This document shows, in pieces, positions 8,772 through 17,943 of a stretch of DNA of 64,000 bases. The DNA is from an uncultured Actinomycetota bacterium (GTDB lineage Bacteria; Actinomycetota; Actinomycetes; JAHEKZ01), in NCBI GenBank assembly GCA_963824605.1, contig CAWGPZ010000006.1:72673-136672 (forward strand), in the 5' to 3' direction. The notes below the pieces were generated by a model that saw nothing but the letters and a program-made list of their open reading frames with translations, did not search any database and was not told the origin of the DNA. Position 1 is the first letter of the stretch, and every line of letters begins with the position of its first letter. The translations under genes and the position numbers were made by a program.

Positions 8772-9494
8772 TCAGCCGGTGAGGGTGTCCATCACGGTGG
8801 TGAAGTCGAGGGCGCCGACGATGGGGTCGTTGCTCTGACGAGCCTTCGCGCGGTCCTTCATCTTCTCGCGCGCGTCGCGCAGGTTCTTCCGAAGGATCTG
8901 CTCTGGAGTGGGTTGCGGAGCGGCGGTCGACGGAGCCGGACCGGTCGTCGTGGTCGTCGTGCCGCCACCTGACCCACCGTTGGATGTGCCGGGTGTTCCA
9001 CCGCCGGACCCGCCGGTCGACGGTGCCGACGAGCCACTGGGCGTCCGGAACACCTCGGCGACCCAGAGCGTGCCGTCCTTGCCGACGGCGGTGCCGACAC
9101 CCATCTGCGTGTAGCCGGAGTCGAGGATCTGAGCGCGGTGGTCGGGGCTGTTCATCAGCACCTGGTGCGCGCCGCGCCAGTCGCCGGCAAAGGCGACGTT
9201 CTCGCCGATGCGTGACCAGCCTCCGACGGCACCTCCGAGGTTCGGGTTGTGGTACAACTCGCCGGACGCCGCCATGCGCTCCGCCTGCCCGCGGGCGGCA
9301 GCGGTGAGGTCTCCCGCGTACGCATAGGGCCGTAGGCCAGCTGAGGATCGCGCCGAGTTGACTGCCGAGAAGATGCTGCCCTCGTTGGGCCCCGCATGTG
9401 CGACTCCGGGCAGGGCGATCACCGCAAGGGACACCGCCACGAGGCCGGCCAGGGTCGTTGCAAGGCGCTTCCGCCAGGGACGCACCGGAGTCAC
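8772..9494 (-). CDS. Secreted CAP/SCP-domain protein
   Basis: 240-aa ORF with a signal peptide (LAVIALPGVAHA), a CAP-domain core (NSARSSAGLRPY..ERMAASGELYHNP..NSPDHRAQIL) and a Gly/Ser/Thr-rich linker. Confidence 0.75.
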   Translation of the reverse strand: MTPVRPWRKRLATTLAGLVAVSLAVIALPGVAHAGPNEGSIFSAVNSARSSAGLRPYAYAGDLTAAARGQAERMAASGELYHNPNLGGAVGGWSRIGENVAFAGDWRGAHQVLMNSPDHRAQILDSGYTQMGVGTAVGKDGTLWVAEVFRTPSGSSAPSTGGSGGGTPGTSNGGSGGGTTTTTTGPAPSTAAPQPTPEQILRKNLRDAREKMKDRAKARQSNDPIVGALDFTTVMDTLTG

Positions 9495-9670
9495 ACTCTC
9501 ACCGCTCTCGTCGGGGATGTCCTAGTGGTGTCGGGGCCAGGTGGGATTTCTTGAGCGGGCGTTCACCCGTTCGGCCTAGTCAGGGAAGACGCGGCCATTG
9601 GTGCCGGACCGGGACCTCCTATCCGTGGACTCCCGAGAACAGGCGCCTCCGCTGTGCCAGACTCGCCGAT

Positions 9671-11191
9671 GTGAATGGCCCCACGCACCTTGGCGACTAT
9701 CTGACGCGCGCCGCCGCGACCCGGCCGGACCATCCCGCGCTCGTGGTCGGCGCCAGCCGGATGACCTGGGCGGACGTCGATCGGGCCGCCACCGCCTGCG
9801 CCGCGGGCCTGCAGTCCCGCGGACTCGAGCCGGGCGAGCGACTGGGCCTCTTCCTCGGTAACCGGCCCGAGTTCGTCATTGGCTACTTCGGGGCATTGCG
9901 TGCGGGACTCGTGGTGGTGCCGGTCAACCCGGCACTGACGGCGTCCGAGGTGGCCCAGCTGATCGCCCACGTCGAGCCCTCGCTGGTGGTTGTCGACCGT
10001 CACACCGCGCCGGTGGCCAGGGAGGCCGCTCCGCAGGTGCCTCAGGTGGTGGCAGCTGCAGGGGTCGGTGACGACTCATTTGATGCGCTGGTCGCCGCAG
10101 GCGCCGGACGCACCGTGGCCGATCCGGAAGGCGGTGAGGCCCTCGCCGTTGTCGTCTACACATCGGGCACGGGCGGCGACGCCAAGGGGGCGATGCTGAC
10201 GCACCGAGCCCTGATCGCAAACGTCGAGCAGGTCGCCGCGGCGCAGGTTTCGGTGGCTGAACCAGATGACGTCGTCCTCGTTCTGCTGCCGCTGACGCAC
10301 ATCTACTCCCTCGCCGGAACGATCGGTGCCGTCGTGCGTGCCGCGGCCACTGCCGTGCTCATCGACGGCGTGGACGTCGTTCGCGCTCTGCCGCTCGTGC
10401 CCCAGTACGGCATCACCAACGTTCCCGGTGCCCCCGCGCTGTGGGCCGCGTGGGCCGCATCCTCCGGGGCTGTCGACATGCTCGACGGCCTGCGCATCGC
10501 CTTCAGCGGGTCGGCTGCACTTCCTCCGGAAGTGCAGCACCGCGTCCACACCTTGACCGGCTGGTATGTCCACGAGGGGTACGGGCTGACCGAGGCGGCA
10601 CCCGGGGTCAGCTCGACCGTCGTGTCGGGCGACGCCAAGCCGGGGTCGGTCGGCAAACCTTTCCCTGGCGTCGAACTGCGCCTTGTCGACGACGACGGCG
10701 TCGACATCGACCCTGCGGACGGCGACCCAGGCGAGATCTGGATCAAGGGCGACAACCTCTTCAGCGGCTACTGGCCGGATGGAGCCGGTGGCCCCGACTC
10801 CGACGGTTGGTACGCGACCGGCGATGTCGCCTTCGTGGACGACGACGGCGACCTGCACATCGTCGACCGTCGCAAGGACGTCATCATCGTCAGCGGATTC
10901 AACGTGTATCCACATGAGGTCGAGCAGGTGCTGCTGCAGCACCCAGGTGTCCGAGAGGTTGCCGTGATTGGTCTCGCGGACGACCGGACGGGCGAGGCGG
11001 TCAAGGCGCTCGTGGTGCTCGCTGACCCCTCGACCACGGTTGACCAGCTGCAGGAGCATGCGGCCGAGCGACTTGCGCGGTTCAAGCGGCCACAGGTGAT
11101 CGAGTTCGTCGACGACCTTCCCCACTCACTCACCGGCAAGGTCGCCCGCGGGCGCGTCACCCGCGAGCAGAACGAGGCAGCCGGTGAGTGA
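9671..11191 (+). CDS. AMP-dependent acyl-CoA synthetase/ligase (long-chain fatty acid-CoA ligase type)
   Basis: Internal GTG of ORF 9398..11191. It carries the AMP-binding motifs VYTSGTGGDAKGAMLTH, GYGLTE, TGD and a C-terminal GKVAR. The upstream extension is Arg/Pro-rich and not protein-like. Confidence 0.8.
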   Translation: MNGPTHLGDYLTRAAATRPDHPALVVGASRMTWADVDRAATACAAGLQSRGLEPGERLGLFLGNRPEFVIGYFGALRAGLVVVPVNPALTASEVAQLIAHVEPSLVVVDRHTAPVAREAAPQVPQVVAAAGVGDDSFDALVAAGAGRTVADPEGGEALAVVVYTSGTGGDAKGAMLTHRALIANVEQVAAAQVSVAEPDDVVLVLLPLTHIYSLAGTIGAVVRAAATAVLIDGVDVVRALPLVPQYGITNVPGAPALWAAWAASSGAVDMLDGLRIAFSGSAALPPEVQHRVHTLTGWYVHEGYGLTEAAPGVSSTVVSGDAKPGSVGKPFPGVELRLVDDDGVDIDPADGDPGEIWIKGDNLFSGYWPDGAGGPDSDGWYATGDVAFVDDDGDLHIVDRRKDVIIVSGFNVYPHEVEQVLLQHPGVREVAVIGLADDRTGEAVKALVVLADPSTTVDQLQEHAAERLARFKRPQVIEFVDDLPHSLTGKVARGRVTREQNEAAGE

Positions 11192-11432
11192 ACAGCGTGC
11201 GCGCATCACACTGCTCGGCAAGCCGGGCTGTCACCTCTGTGACGACGCCAGGGTGATCATCGAACGGGTTGCCGCAGACGTCGGTGTCGGGTACGCGGAG
11301 GTCGACATCACCGGTGACCCCGAGCTGCAGAAGAAGTGGTGGGACCAGATCCCGGTCACGCTGGTCGACGGCGTCCAGCACGACTTCTGGCGGGTGGACG
11401 AGGCGAGGCTGCGCAAAGCGCTGGCTTCCTGA
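11184..11432 (+). CDS. Glutaredoxin-like (DUF836) small thiol-disulfide protein
   Basis: 82-aa ORF with a CxxC motif (GKPGCHLCDDA). The start overlaps the stop of the ligase gene. Confidence 0.7.
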   Translation: MSEQRARITLLGKPGCHLCDDARVIIERVAADVGVGYAEVDITGDPELQKKWWDQIPVTLVDGVQHDFWRVDEARLRKALAS

Positions 11433-11518
11433 TCCACGGGTCGGCGGCGTGTCGGGTTCCGCTGCCCTGGCCGCGGCTGGGAGCCTGACCGAAGTCACAC
11501 CGTCAAGAGGAGTGGACA

Positions 11519-11917
11519 ATGGTTGGGTTCGGCGAGGCGATCAAGCGTGCGTTTGCGGGCTGGCAGACATGGTCTGGACGCTCGACGAGGGCCGAGTACT
11601 GGTGGTGGTTCCTCTTTGTATGGATCATCTCTTTCATCCCATATATCGGAATTCTCGCGAGTGTCGACTGGTCCTCGAGCGGCGACGGCTCGGTCTCGGG
11701 GAGCAGCGGTGGAGCCTCGGTGATCTGGTGGGTCATCTTCCTGGTCATCTGGCTCGCTTTCATCCTTCCGTCGATCGCGGTGTCCGTCCGGCGCCTGCAC
11801 GACACCGACCGCTCCGGTTGGTGGTACTGGATCGTCCTGGTGCCCTGTATCGGTGGCATCTGGTACCTGATCCTGATGCTGCTGCCGAGCACGCCGGGGC
11901 AGAACCAGTACGGCTGA
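11519..11917 (+). CDS. DUF805-family inner membrane protein
   Basis: 132-aa ORF with RSTRAEYWWWFLF and RRLHDTDRSGWWYW, the hallmark motifs of DUF805/YhaH-like proteins. Confidence 0.75.
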   Translation: MVGFGEAIKRAFAGWQTWSGRSTRAEYWWWFLFVWIISFIPYIGILASVDWSSSGDGSVSGSSGGASVIWWVIFLVIWLAFILPSIAVSVRRLHDTDRSGWWYWIVLVPCIGGIWYLILMLLPSTPGQNQYG

Positions 11918-11933
11918 GCACCCCCAGTACCTC

Positions 11934-11972
11934 CACAGCCGCCGGTCTCATAGCGTGAGACCGGCGGCTGTG
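11934..11972 (+). terminator. Stem-loop terminator after the DUF805 gene
   Basis: Perfect 17-bp inverted repeat, CACAGCCGCCGGTCTCA-tagcg-TGAGACCGGCGGCTGTG, followed by a T-containing tail (caactttgtg). Confidence 0.6.
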
Positions 11973-11977
11973 CAACT

Positions 11978-11995
11978 TTGTGCGCTCCTTCACAA
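11978..11995 (+). promoter_or_regulatory. Rex operator (ROP-like site) upstream of rex-hemACDB
   Basis: TTGTGCGCTCCTTCACAA compared with the published consensus TTGTGAA-N4-TTCACAA. The right half-site is perfect and the left is 5 of 7. The site lies about 110 bp upstream of the rex start. Confidence 0.6.
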
Positions 11996-12106
11996 GCGCT
12001 TACCCTGACGGCGAGCCCGTACCCCAGCGTTGGCCCGGCCTGCCCCGTGCAGGCAGCGGGATCCACGACAGGGGCCGGGCATGTTCCGTAGCCGCAGGAG
12101 ACCTTC

Positions 12107-12796
12107 GTGACGCACCGCTCCGACACCGGACGCCGCCTCGGCGCGCGCCGTGGCGGGGTCCCGGAGGCCACGGTCGGACGTCTGCCCCTCTACCACCGGG
12201 TGCTCGTCGACCTCGCGGACGCCGGCGTCGAGTCTGTCTCGTCGGAGGCTCTCGCCACCACCGCTGGGGTCAGCCCGGCCAAGCTTCGCAAGGACCTCTC
12301 CTTCCTTGGTTCCTATGGCACGCGTGGCGTCGGGTACGAGGTCTCAGTGCTCATCGACCAGATCGGCGCCGAGCTCGGTATCGCGTCAGAGTGGCCGGTC
12401 GTGATCGTCGGCATCGGTCACCTCGGGCACGCGCTCGCCAACTACGGCGGATTCGTCTCGCGTGGCTTCCGTCTCGCTGGGCTCTTTGACGACGACGACG
12501 CGCTGGTCGGCACCGAGGTCGCCGGGCTGGCCGTCATGCCCTTCACCGACCTGGCGGAGGTGGCGCGCGCCGAAGGCGTCCTGATCGGCGTCGTCGCCAC
12601 TCCGGCGTCCTCCGCTCAGCAGGTGGCCGATGCCCTGGTCGACGCCGGCGTCAACAGCATCTTGAACTTCGCCCCCGTCGTGCTCACCGCCCCGCCGGCA
12701 GTTGATGTGCGTCGGGTCGATCTCGCCAGTGAGCTGCAGATCCTGGCCTTCCACCAGCAGCGGCGCAGCGACGAGCTCGGGCGGGTGGCGCCGTGA
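12107..12796 (+). CDS. rex: Redox-sensing transcriptional repressor Rex
   Basis: 229-aa ORF with an N-terminal winged helix (GRLPLYHRVL) and a Rossmann NADH-binding motif (VVIVGIGHLGHALANY). Confidence 0.9.
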   Translation: MTHRSDTGRRLGARRGGVPEATVGRLPLYHRVLVDLADAGVESVSSEALATTAGVSPAKLRKDLSFLGSYGTRGVGYEVSVLIDQIGAELGIASEWPVVIVGIGHLGHALANYGGFVSRGFRLAGLFDDDDALVGTEVAGLAVMPFTDLAEVARAEGVLIGVVATPASSAQQVADALVDAGVNSILNFAPVVLTAPPAVDVRRVDLASELQILAFHQQRRSDELGRVAP

Positions 12797-14097
12797 GTCT
12801 GCTTGCCCTCGGAGTTTCGCACCGCACGGCTCCCGTACCCATGCTCGAGCGCCTCGCGCTGCCCGCCGATGCGCAGTCCAAGCTGCTTCACGAGCTCACC
12901 GAGAATTCCGCCGTCGACGAGGCGATGGTGGTGGCCACGTGCAACCGGGTCGAGATCTACGTCGAGGCCGACAAGTTCCACCCTGCCGTCGACGCCGCCA
13001 CCGAGGGTCTCGCGCGTGCAACCGGGGTCCTGGCCGACGAGCTCGTGCCTCACCTGTATGTGCACTACGAAGACCGTGCTGTGCAGCACCTCTTCTCCAT
13101 GGCCAGTGGACTCGACTCGATGGTCGTCGGCGAAGCGCAGATCTTGGGGCAGGTCCGGCAGTCGCTACGGGCGGCGCAAGACGAGGGCAGCCTGGGGCGC
13201 GAGCTCAACGATCTCGTCCAGACGGCGCTGCGGGTCGGCAAGCGTGCACACAGCGAGACGGGCATCGACAAAGCCGGAGCGTCGTTGGTGTCGGTGGGTC
13301 TCGACCTTGCTGCTCGTTCCCTTGAGGGTCTGTCCGGACGCACCGCGCTCATCGTCGGCGCCGGCTCGATGGCCGCTCTGACAGCCACCACGGCCGCTCG
13401 CCAGGGCATGAGCGTGATCGTCACCAACCGTACGGCGTCTCGTGCTGATGGCCTGGCCTCCGCAGTGGGTGGTCGCTCGCTGGCGATCGAGGATATCGGC
13501 GAGGGCATCGCTGAGTCAGACCTCGTGGTGTCGTGCACCGGCGCTCTCGGGCACCTGGTCACGGCCGAGGTCGCCGGCCCCGCTCGCGCCAGTGCGGGCA
13601 ACAGCCCCCACGTCATGCTCGATCTTGCGCTTCCGCGCGACATCGACCCCGAGGTGCTCGGCGTGCACGGCGTCACCTTGATCGACCTCGAAGACCTCGG
13701 GGCACTCTTGTCCGACGGGCAGTATGAACAGGACGTCGAAGGCGTACGTCGCATCGTCGGTACCGAGGTGCAGAACTACCTCAGCGCCCGAGTGGCCGAG
13801 AAGGTGTCACCGACGGTGGTGGCCCTTCGTGCGTTGGCCTCTGAGATCGTGGCCGACGAGCTCGAGTGGTTCGCCACCAAGCGTCCTGACCTGCACGAGT
13901 CCGACCGAACTGATGTCGAGCACCTGGTGCGACGCGTGGTCGACAAGCTGATGCACGTGCCCACGGTCCGCGTGAAAGAGCTCGCCTCCGAACCGGACGG
14001 AGAGGCGTACGCCGAAGCCCTGCACCGGCTCTTCAACCTCGACCTGCGCACCGTCGAGGCACTGCGGACGCCCGACCTCGAGGACGGTGCCCGATGA
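12793..14097 (+). CDS. hemA: Glutamyl-tRNA reductase
   Basis: 434-aa ORF with MSLLALGVSHRTAPV, the active-site region TCNRVEIY, and GAGSMA for NADPH binding. The start overlaps the rex stop. Confidence 0.9.
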   Translation: MSLLALGVSHRTAPVPMLERLALPADAQSKLLHELTENSAVDEAMVVATCNRVEIYVEADKFHPAVDAATEGLARATGVLADELVPHLYVHYEDRAVQHLFSMASGLDSMVVGEAQILGQVRQSLRAAQDEGSLGRELNDLVQTALRVGKRAHSETGIDKAGASLVSVGLDLAARSLEGLSGRTALIVGAGSMAALTATTAARQGMSVIVTNRTASRADGLASAVGGRSLAIEDIGEGIAESDLVVSCTGALGHLVTAEVAGPARASAGNSPHVMLDLALPRDIDPEVLGVHGVTLIDLEDLGALLSDGQYEQDVEGVRRIVGTEVQNYLSARVAEKVSPTVVALRALASEIVADELEWFATKRPDLHESDRTDVEHLVRRVVDKLMHVPTVRVKELASEPDGEAYAEALHRLFNLDLRTVEALRTPDLEDGAR

Positions 14098-15026
14098 CCG
14101 TTCTCAGACTCGGCACCCGCAAGAGCGCCTTGGCGTTGGCCCAGTCGACTCTTGTCGCTGATGCCATTCGCACCGCGACCGGGCGCGACGTCGAGCTGGT
14201 GCACGTCACCACGGCTGGCGATGTCTCTGCTGCGTCGCTGGTGTCGATCGGCGGAACGGGCGTCTTCGTCAGCGCGTTGCGCGACGCCTTGCTGATGGGG
14301 CAGATCGACGTCGCCGTGCACTCACTCAAAGACCTGCCGACCACTGAGCTGCCAGAAATCGAGACCATCGCCATTCCCGAGCGGGCGGACGCACGCGATG
14401 CCCTGGTAGCGCGCGACGGCCTGACGCTCGAGCTGTTGCCGTCAGGGGCCACGGTTGGCACTGGCTCGCCGCGCCGTGCGTCCCAGCTCAAGGCCCTGCG
14501 GCCAGACCTCGACGTTGTCGACATCCGTGGCAACGTCGACACCCGGATCGAGCTCGTCGACTCCGGCCGCGTCGACGCCGTGGTGCTGGCCAAGGCCGGG
14601 CTCTCCCGCCTCGATCGGCTCGACGCGGTCACCGAGACCATCGATCCGTCGGTCATGCTGCCAGCCCCAGGGCAGGGAGCCCTTGCCGTCGAGGTGCTCC
14701 GCGATCTCGCCGGTGACGATCGTCATGCTCCGCTCCGCCAGCTCGATGACGCCGCCACGCGCGCTGCCGTCACCGCAGAACGTGCTGTGCTCTCCGCCCT
14801 CGAGGCGGGTTGTTCAGCGCCGGTCGGCGCCCTAGGCGTCGTCTCAGAGCTCGGGTTCAGTGAACCCGAGCTCACCCTCGAGGCACTTCTCGCCTCACCG
14901 GACGGCTCGTCCGTCGCCCGGATGTCCATCACCGCGCCTCTGCTCGAGGCCGACGCAGCTGGCCGCCAGCTCGCTGCTCGGTTGCTCGACAGCGGCGTAA
15001 CCGCCACATCAAGGGAACACCTGTGA
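14094..15026 (+). CDS. hemC: Hydroxymethylbilane synthase (porphobilinogen deaminase)
   Basis: 310-aa ORF with LRLGTRKSALALAQ, HSLKDLP and RGNVDTR motifs. Confidence 0.9.
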   Translation: MTVLRLGTRKSALALAQSTLVADAIRTATGRDVELVHVTTAGDVSAASLVSIGGTGVFVSALRDALLMGQIDVAVHSLKDLPTTELPEIETIAIPERADARDALVARDGLTLELLPSGATVGTGSPRRASQLKALRPDLDVVDIRGNVDTRIELVDSGRVDAVVLAKAGLSRLDRLDAVTETIDPSVMLPAPGQGALAVEVLRDLAGDDRHAPLRQLDDAATRAAVTAERAVLSALEAGCSAPVGALGVVSELGFSEPELTLEALLASPDGSSVARMSITAPLLEADAAGRQLAARLLDSGVTATSREHL

Positions 15027-16636
15027 GTACACGCACGACCAAGAAGAAGCCCGTCGGCAGCGTTGCGTTCGTCGGCGCCGGACCAGGCGACCCCGAGCTG
15101 CTCACGATGCGAGCGGTCGAGACGCTGAGCCGTGCCGACATCGTCGTCGTCGACCAGGAGGCCTCACGCGCAGCCGTTGCTGCGTACGGGCGGGACGAGG
15201 TCGAGATCGTCGACGCGTCCTGTGGTCAGGACGGACAGCCGCTCACCCATGCGGCCCGCGCCAAGCTGGTGACGACGGCCGCCAAGAAGGGCGGGTATGT
15301 CGTCCGACTGATGGACGGTGACCCTGCGCTCTTCCACGGGTTCGCCGAAGAGGCGTTGGCGTGCGACAAGAACGGCATTCCGTTCGAGGTCGTTCCGGGC
15401 GCATCCACGGTGACATCGGTTCCCACCTACGCCGGGGTTCCTCTCACGACCGCCAAGACTCGCGCGGTCCACGTCGTCTCTGCCGTGGAGACCAAGCCCG
15501 ACTGGTCGACGCACACCGACTCGCACACCACTGTCGTCATCCTCGGTGGCGGCGCAAGAATCGCTGACGCGGCATCCGGACTCATCGACGCCGGGCGCGA
15601 TGCCGACACCGAGATCGCGGTCACGTCGCAGGGTTCGGTGACCGAGCAGAAGACGATCGTGTCGACGCTCGAGCTCGTCGCCAAAGAGCTGAAGGCGGCC
15701 AAGCTGCCTGAGCCGATGATCGGAGTTGTCGGCGAGGGCGTCGCGCTACGCGACCGGTTGTCGTGGTTCGAGTCCAAGCCGCTCTTCGGCTGGCGCGTCC
15801 TGGTGCCCCGCACCAAGGAGCAGGCCGCCTCACTCTCTGACCAGCTGCGGCGCTATGGCGCCGTGCCGGTCGAGGTGCCGACCATCTCCGTCGAGCCTCC
15901 GCGCACCCCTCAGCAGATGGACCGCGCGCTGCACGGTCTGGTCTCGGGTCGCTACCAGTGGATTGCCTTCACCTCGGTCAACGCGGTGCGCGCGATCCGC
16001 GAGAAGTTCGAGGAGTACGGCCTCGACGCCCGCGCGTTCGCCGGTATCAAGGTGGCCGCCGTCGGCGAGCAGACCGCCGCAGCCCTGGTGGCGTTCGGCG
16101 TCAAGCCCGACCTCGTTCCCACCGGTGACCAGTCGTCGGTGGGCCTGCTCGAGGTCTGGCCGGCGTACGACGATGTCTTCGACCCCATCAACCGCGTCTT
16201 CCTTCCGCGCGCCGACATCGCTACCGAAACTCTCGTTGCCGGGTTGATCGAGCTCGGCTGGGAGGTTGAGGACGTCACGGCCTACCGCACTGTTCGGGCT
16301 GCACCGCCGGCTGCTGAGATCCGTGAGGCGATCAAGACCGGTGGCTTCGACGCCGTTCTGTTCACGTCGTCCAGCACGGTGCGCAACCTGATCGGAATCG
16401 CCGGTAAGCCGCACGCGACGACCGTGGTGGCATGCATCGGCCCGGCAACGGCGAAGACGGCTGAGGAGCATGGCCTGCGGGTCGACGTTCTTGCTGACAA
16501 GCCCGCCGTCGGCGTGCTGGCTGAGGGGCTCGCTGCGTTCGGTGCGGCTCAGCGACTCGAGCTGCTCGACGCCGGTGAGACGGTATGGCGCCCGAGTCTT
16601 CGTCGTGCGGCTGCTCGTCGCAAGGTGAGCAAGTAG
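15023..16636 (+). CDS. Bifunctional uroporphyrinogen-III C-methyltransferase / uroporphyrinogen-III synthase
   Basis: 537-aa ORF. The N-terminal half is TP-methylase-like (FVGAGPGDPELLT). The C-terminal half is a HemD-type fold. This fusion is common in actinobacteria (Rv0511-like). Confidence 0.85.
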   Translation: MSTRTTKKKPVGSVAFVGAGPGDPELLTMRAVETLSRADIVVVDQEASRAAVAAYGRDEVEIVDASCGQDGQPLTHAARAKLVTTAAKKGGYVVRLMDGDPALFHGFAEEALACDKNGIPFEVVPGASTVTSVPTYAGVPLTTAKTRAVHVVSAVETKPDWSTHTDSHTTVVILGGGARIADAASGLIDAGRDADTEIAVTSQGSVTEQKTIVSTLELVAKELKAAKLPEPMIGVVGEGVALRDRLSWFESKPLFGWRVLVPRTKEQAASLSDQLRRYGAVPVEVPTISVEPPRTPQQMDRALHGLVSGRYQWIAFTSVNAVRAIREKFEEYGLDARAFAGIKVAAVGEQTAAALVAFGVKPDLVPTGDQSSVGLLEVWPAYDDVFDPINRVFLPRADIATETLVAGLIELGWEVEDVTAYRTVRAAPPAAEIREAIKTGGFDAVLFTSSSTVRNLIGIAGKPHATTVVACIGPATAKTAEEHGLRVDVLADKPAVGVLAEGLAAFGAAQRLELLDAGETVWRPSLRRAAARRKVSK

Positions 16637-16638
16637 CC

Positions 16639-17619
16639 ATGGTGTTTCCCACCGACCGGGCGCGACGTCTGCGGCGTACCGCTGCGCTGCGCCGGTTGGT
16701 GGAACAGACCCGGCTGCACCCAGCTGACTTCGTGTTGCCGCTCTTCGTGAAGGAAGGTCTCACTGAGCCGCACGCTGTGACGTCCATGCCGGGGGTGCAG
16801 CAGCACTCCCTCGACTCGTTGCGCAAGACCGCGAACGATGCGGTGGAGGCTGGGGTCGGGGGGCTGATTCTGTTCGGCATCCCCACACACAAGGACGCCA
16901 CTGGCACGCAAGCCGACGACGAAGACGGCATCGTGCAGCAGGCGTTGCGTGGTCTGCGAGCAGATCTTGGTGACAGCACCGTCCTGATGGCCGACCTGTG
17001 TCTTTGTGAGTACACCGACCACGGGCACTGCGGCCCGTTGACGGCTGACAAGTCAACCGTCGACAACGACGTCACACTCATGCGCTACGCGGCTGTTGCG
17101 CGGGCACAGGTCGAGGCAGGAGCCGACATCGTGGCACCGAGCGGAATGATGGACGGACAGGTCGGCGTCATCCGTGACGCCATCGACACTGCCGGCTATG
17201 CAGACCGCGCGATTCTCGCGTACGCGTCCAAGTACGCCTCGGCCTTCTACGGTCCATTCCGTGATGCCGCTGAAAGCACACCCTCGTACGGTGACCGCCG
17301 CTCGTACCAGATGAACCCGGCCAACGGTGACGAGGCGCTGCGCGAGGTGTTTGCCGATCTCGACCAGGGCGCCGACGCCGTGATGGTGAAGCCGGCCGGT
17401 GCCTACCTCGACGTGATCGCCCGCGTGAGCGACGTCGTCGATTCGCCTGTTGCGGCGTACCAGGTGAGCGGTGAGTACGCGATGATCGAGGCCGCTTCGG
17501 CGCAAGGGTGGATCGAGCGCGAGCGGGCAATCGTCGAGTCGGTGACGTCGATCAAGCGTGCCGGCGCGCACACGATCCTGACGTACTGGGCGACCGAGCT
17601 GGCGTTGTCGCTGCGCTGA
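16639..17619 (+). CDS. hemB: Porphobilinogen synthase (delta-aminolevulinate dehydratase)
   Basis: Internal ATG of ORF 16585..17619, giving MVFPTDRARRLRRTAALRRLV. It has the active-site regions VAPSGMMDGQV and MVKPA. Confidence 0.9.
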   Translation: MVFPTDRARRLRRTAALRRLVEQTRLHPADFVLPLFVKEGLTEPHAVTSMPGVQQHSLDSLRKTANDAVEAGVGGLILFGIPTHKDATGTQADDEDGIVQQALRGLRADLGDSTVLMADLCLCEYTDHGHCGPLTADKSTVDNDVTLMRYAAVARAQVEAGADIVAPSGMMDGQVGVIRDAIDTAGYADRAILAYASKYASAFYGPFRDAAESTPSYGDRRSYQMNPANGDEALREVFADLDQGADAVMVKPAGAYLDVIARVSDVVDSPVAAYQVSGEYAMIEAASAQGWIERERAIVESVTSIKRAGAHTILTYWATELALSLR

Positions 17620-17631
17620 TCGCCATTGACG

Positions 17632-17889
17632 TCAACCAGCGCAGCGACAGCTCTTGCTGCCGAAGGTGACCAGCTGGAAGGTGCAGTCAGCGCCCAGCAC
17701 GTTGACTCCGATGTTTCCCTGTCCCATGAGTGGCGTCGAACCGTCCCGCGAGGTTGCGGAGAACAGGTTGTAGTAGCGACCGAACCAGTACGGGCACGAG
17801 GCGGCCGCCGGCTCGAAGGCGTTGAGGGTGTCGCCAGACTTCAGGATCGGGTCCGCGTGGATACCAGGTACCGCGGTGGAGAGGACCAA
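17632..17889 (-). CDS. Possible small Cys-containing hypothetical protein or gene remnant (about 85 aa, start uncertain)
   Basis: This is the 3-prime end of minus ORF 17632..18876, where it lies in the hemB/ABC intergenic gap. Third-codon-position G+C is clearly high in this frame only. The peptide is ..ILKSGDTLNAFEPAAASCPYWFGRYYNLFSATSRDGSTPLMGQGNIGVNVLGADCTFQLVTFGSKSCRCAG. Only a TTG start is available and there is no clear RBS. Confidence 0.3.
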   Translation of the reverse strand: MVLSTAVPGIHADPILKSGDTLNAFEPAAASCPYWFGRYYNLFSATSRDGSTPLMGQGNIGVNVLGADCTFQLVTFGSKSCRCAG

Positions 17890-17943
17890 GGTCCGTCCAA
17901 CAGGCGAGTGCGGACGGATACGGTGGAGGTGGAGGTGTCGATC

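Noticed and set aside
15023-16636. The CobA/HemD two-domain ORF, considered as a possible artefactual fusion given the indel-prone sequence.
   Set aside because: This fusion is a well-known, conserved arrangement in actinobacteria (Rv0511-like). The inter-domain linker has normal codon usage and no internal RBS. This contrasts with the suspicious junction at 43930..44025.
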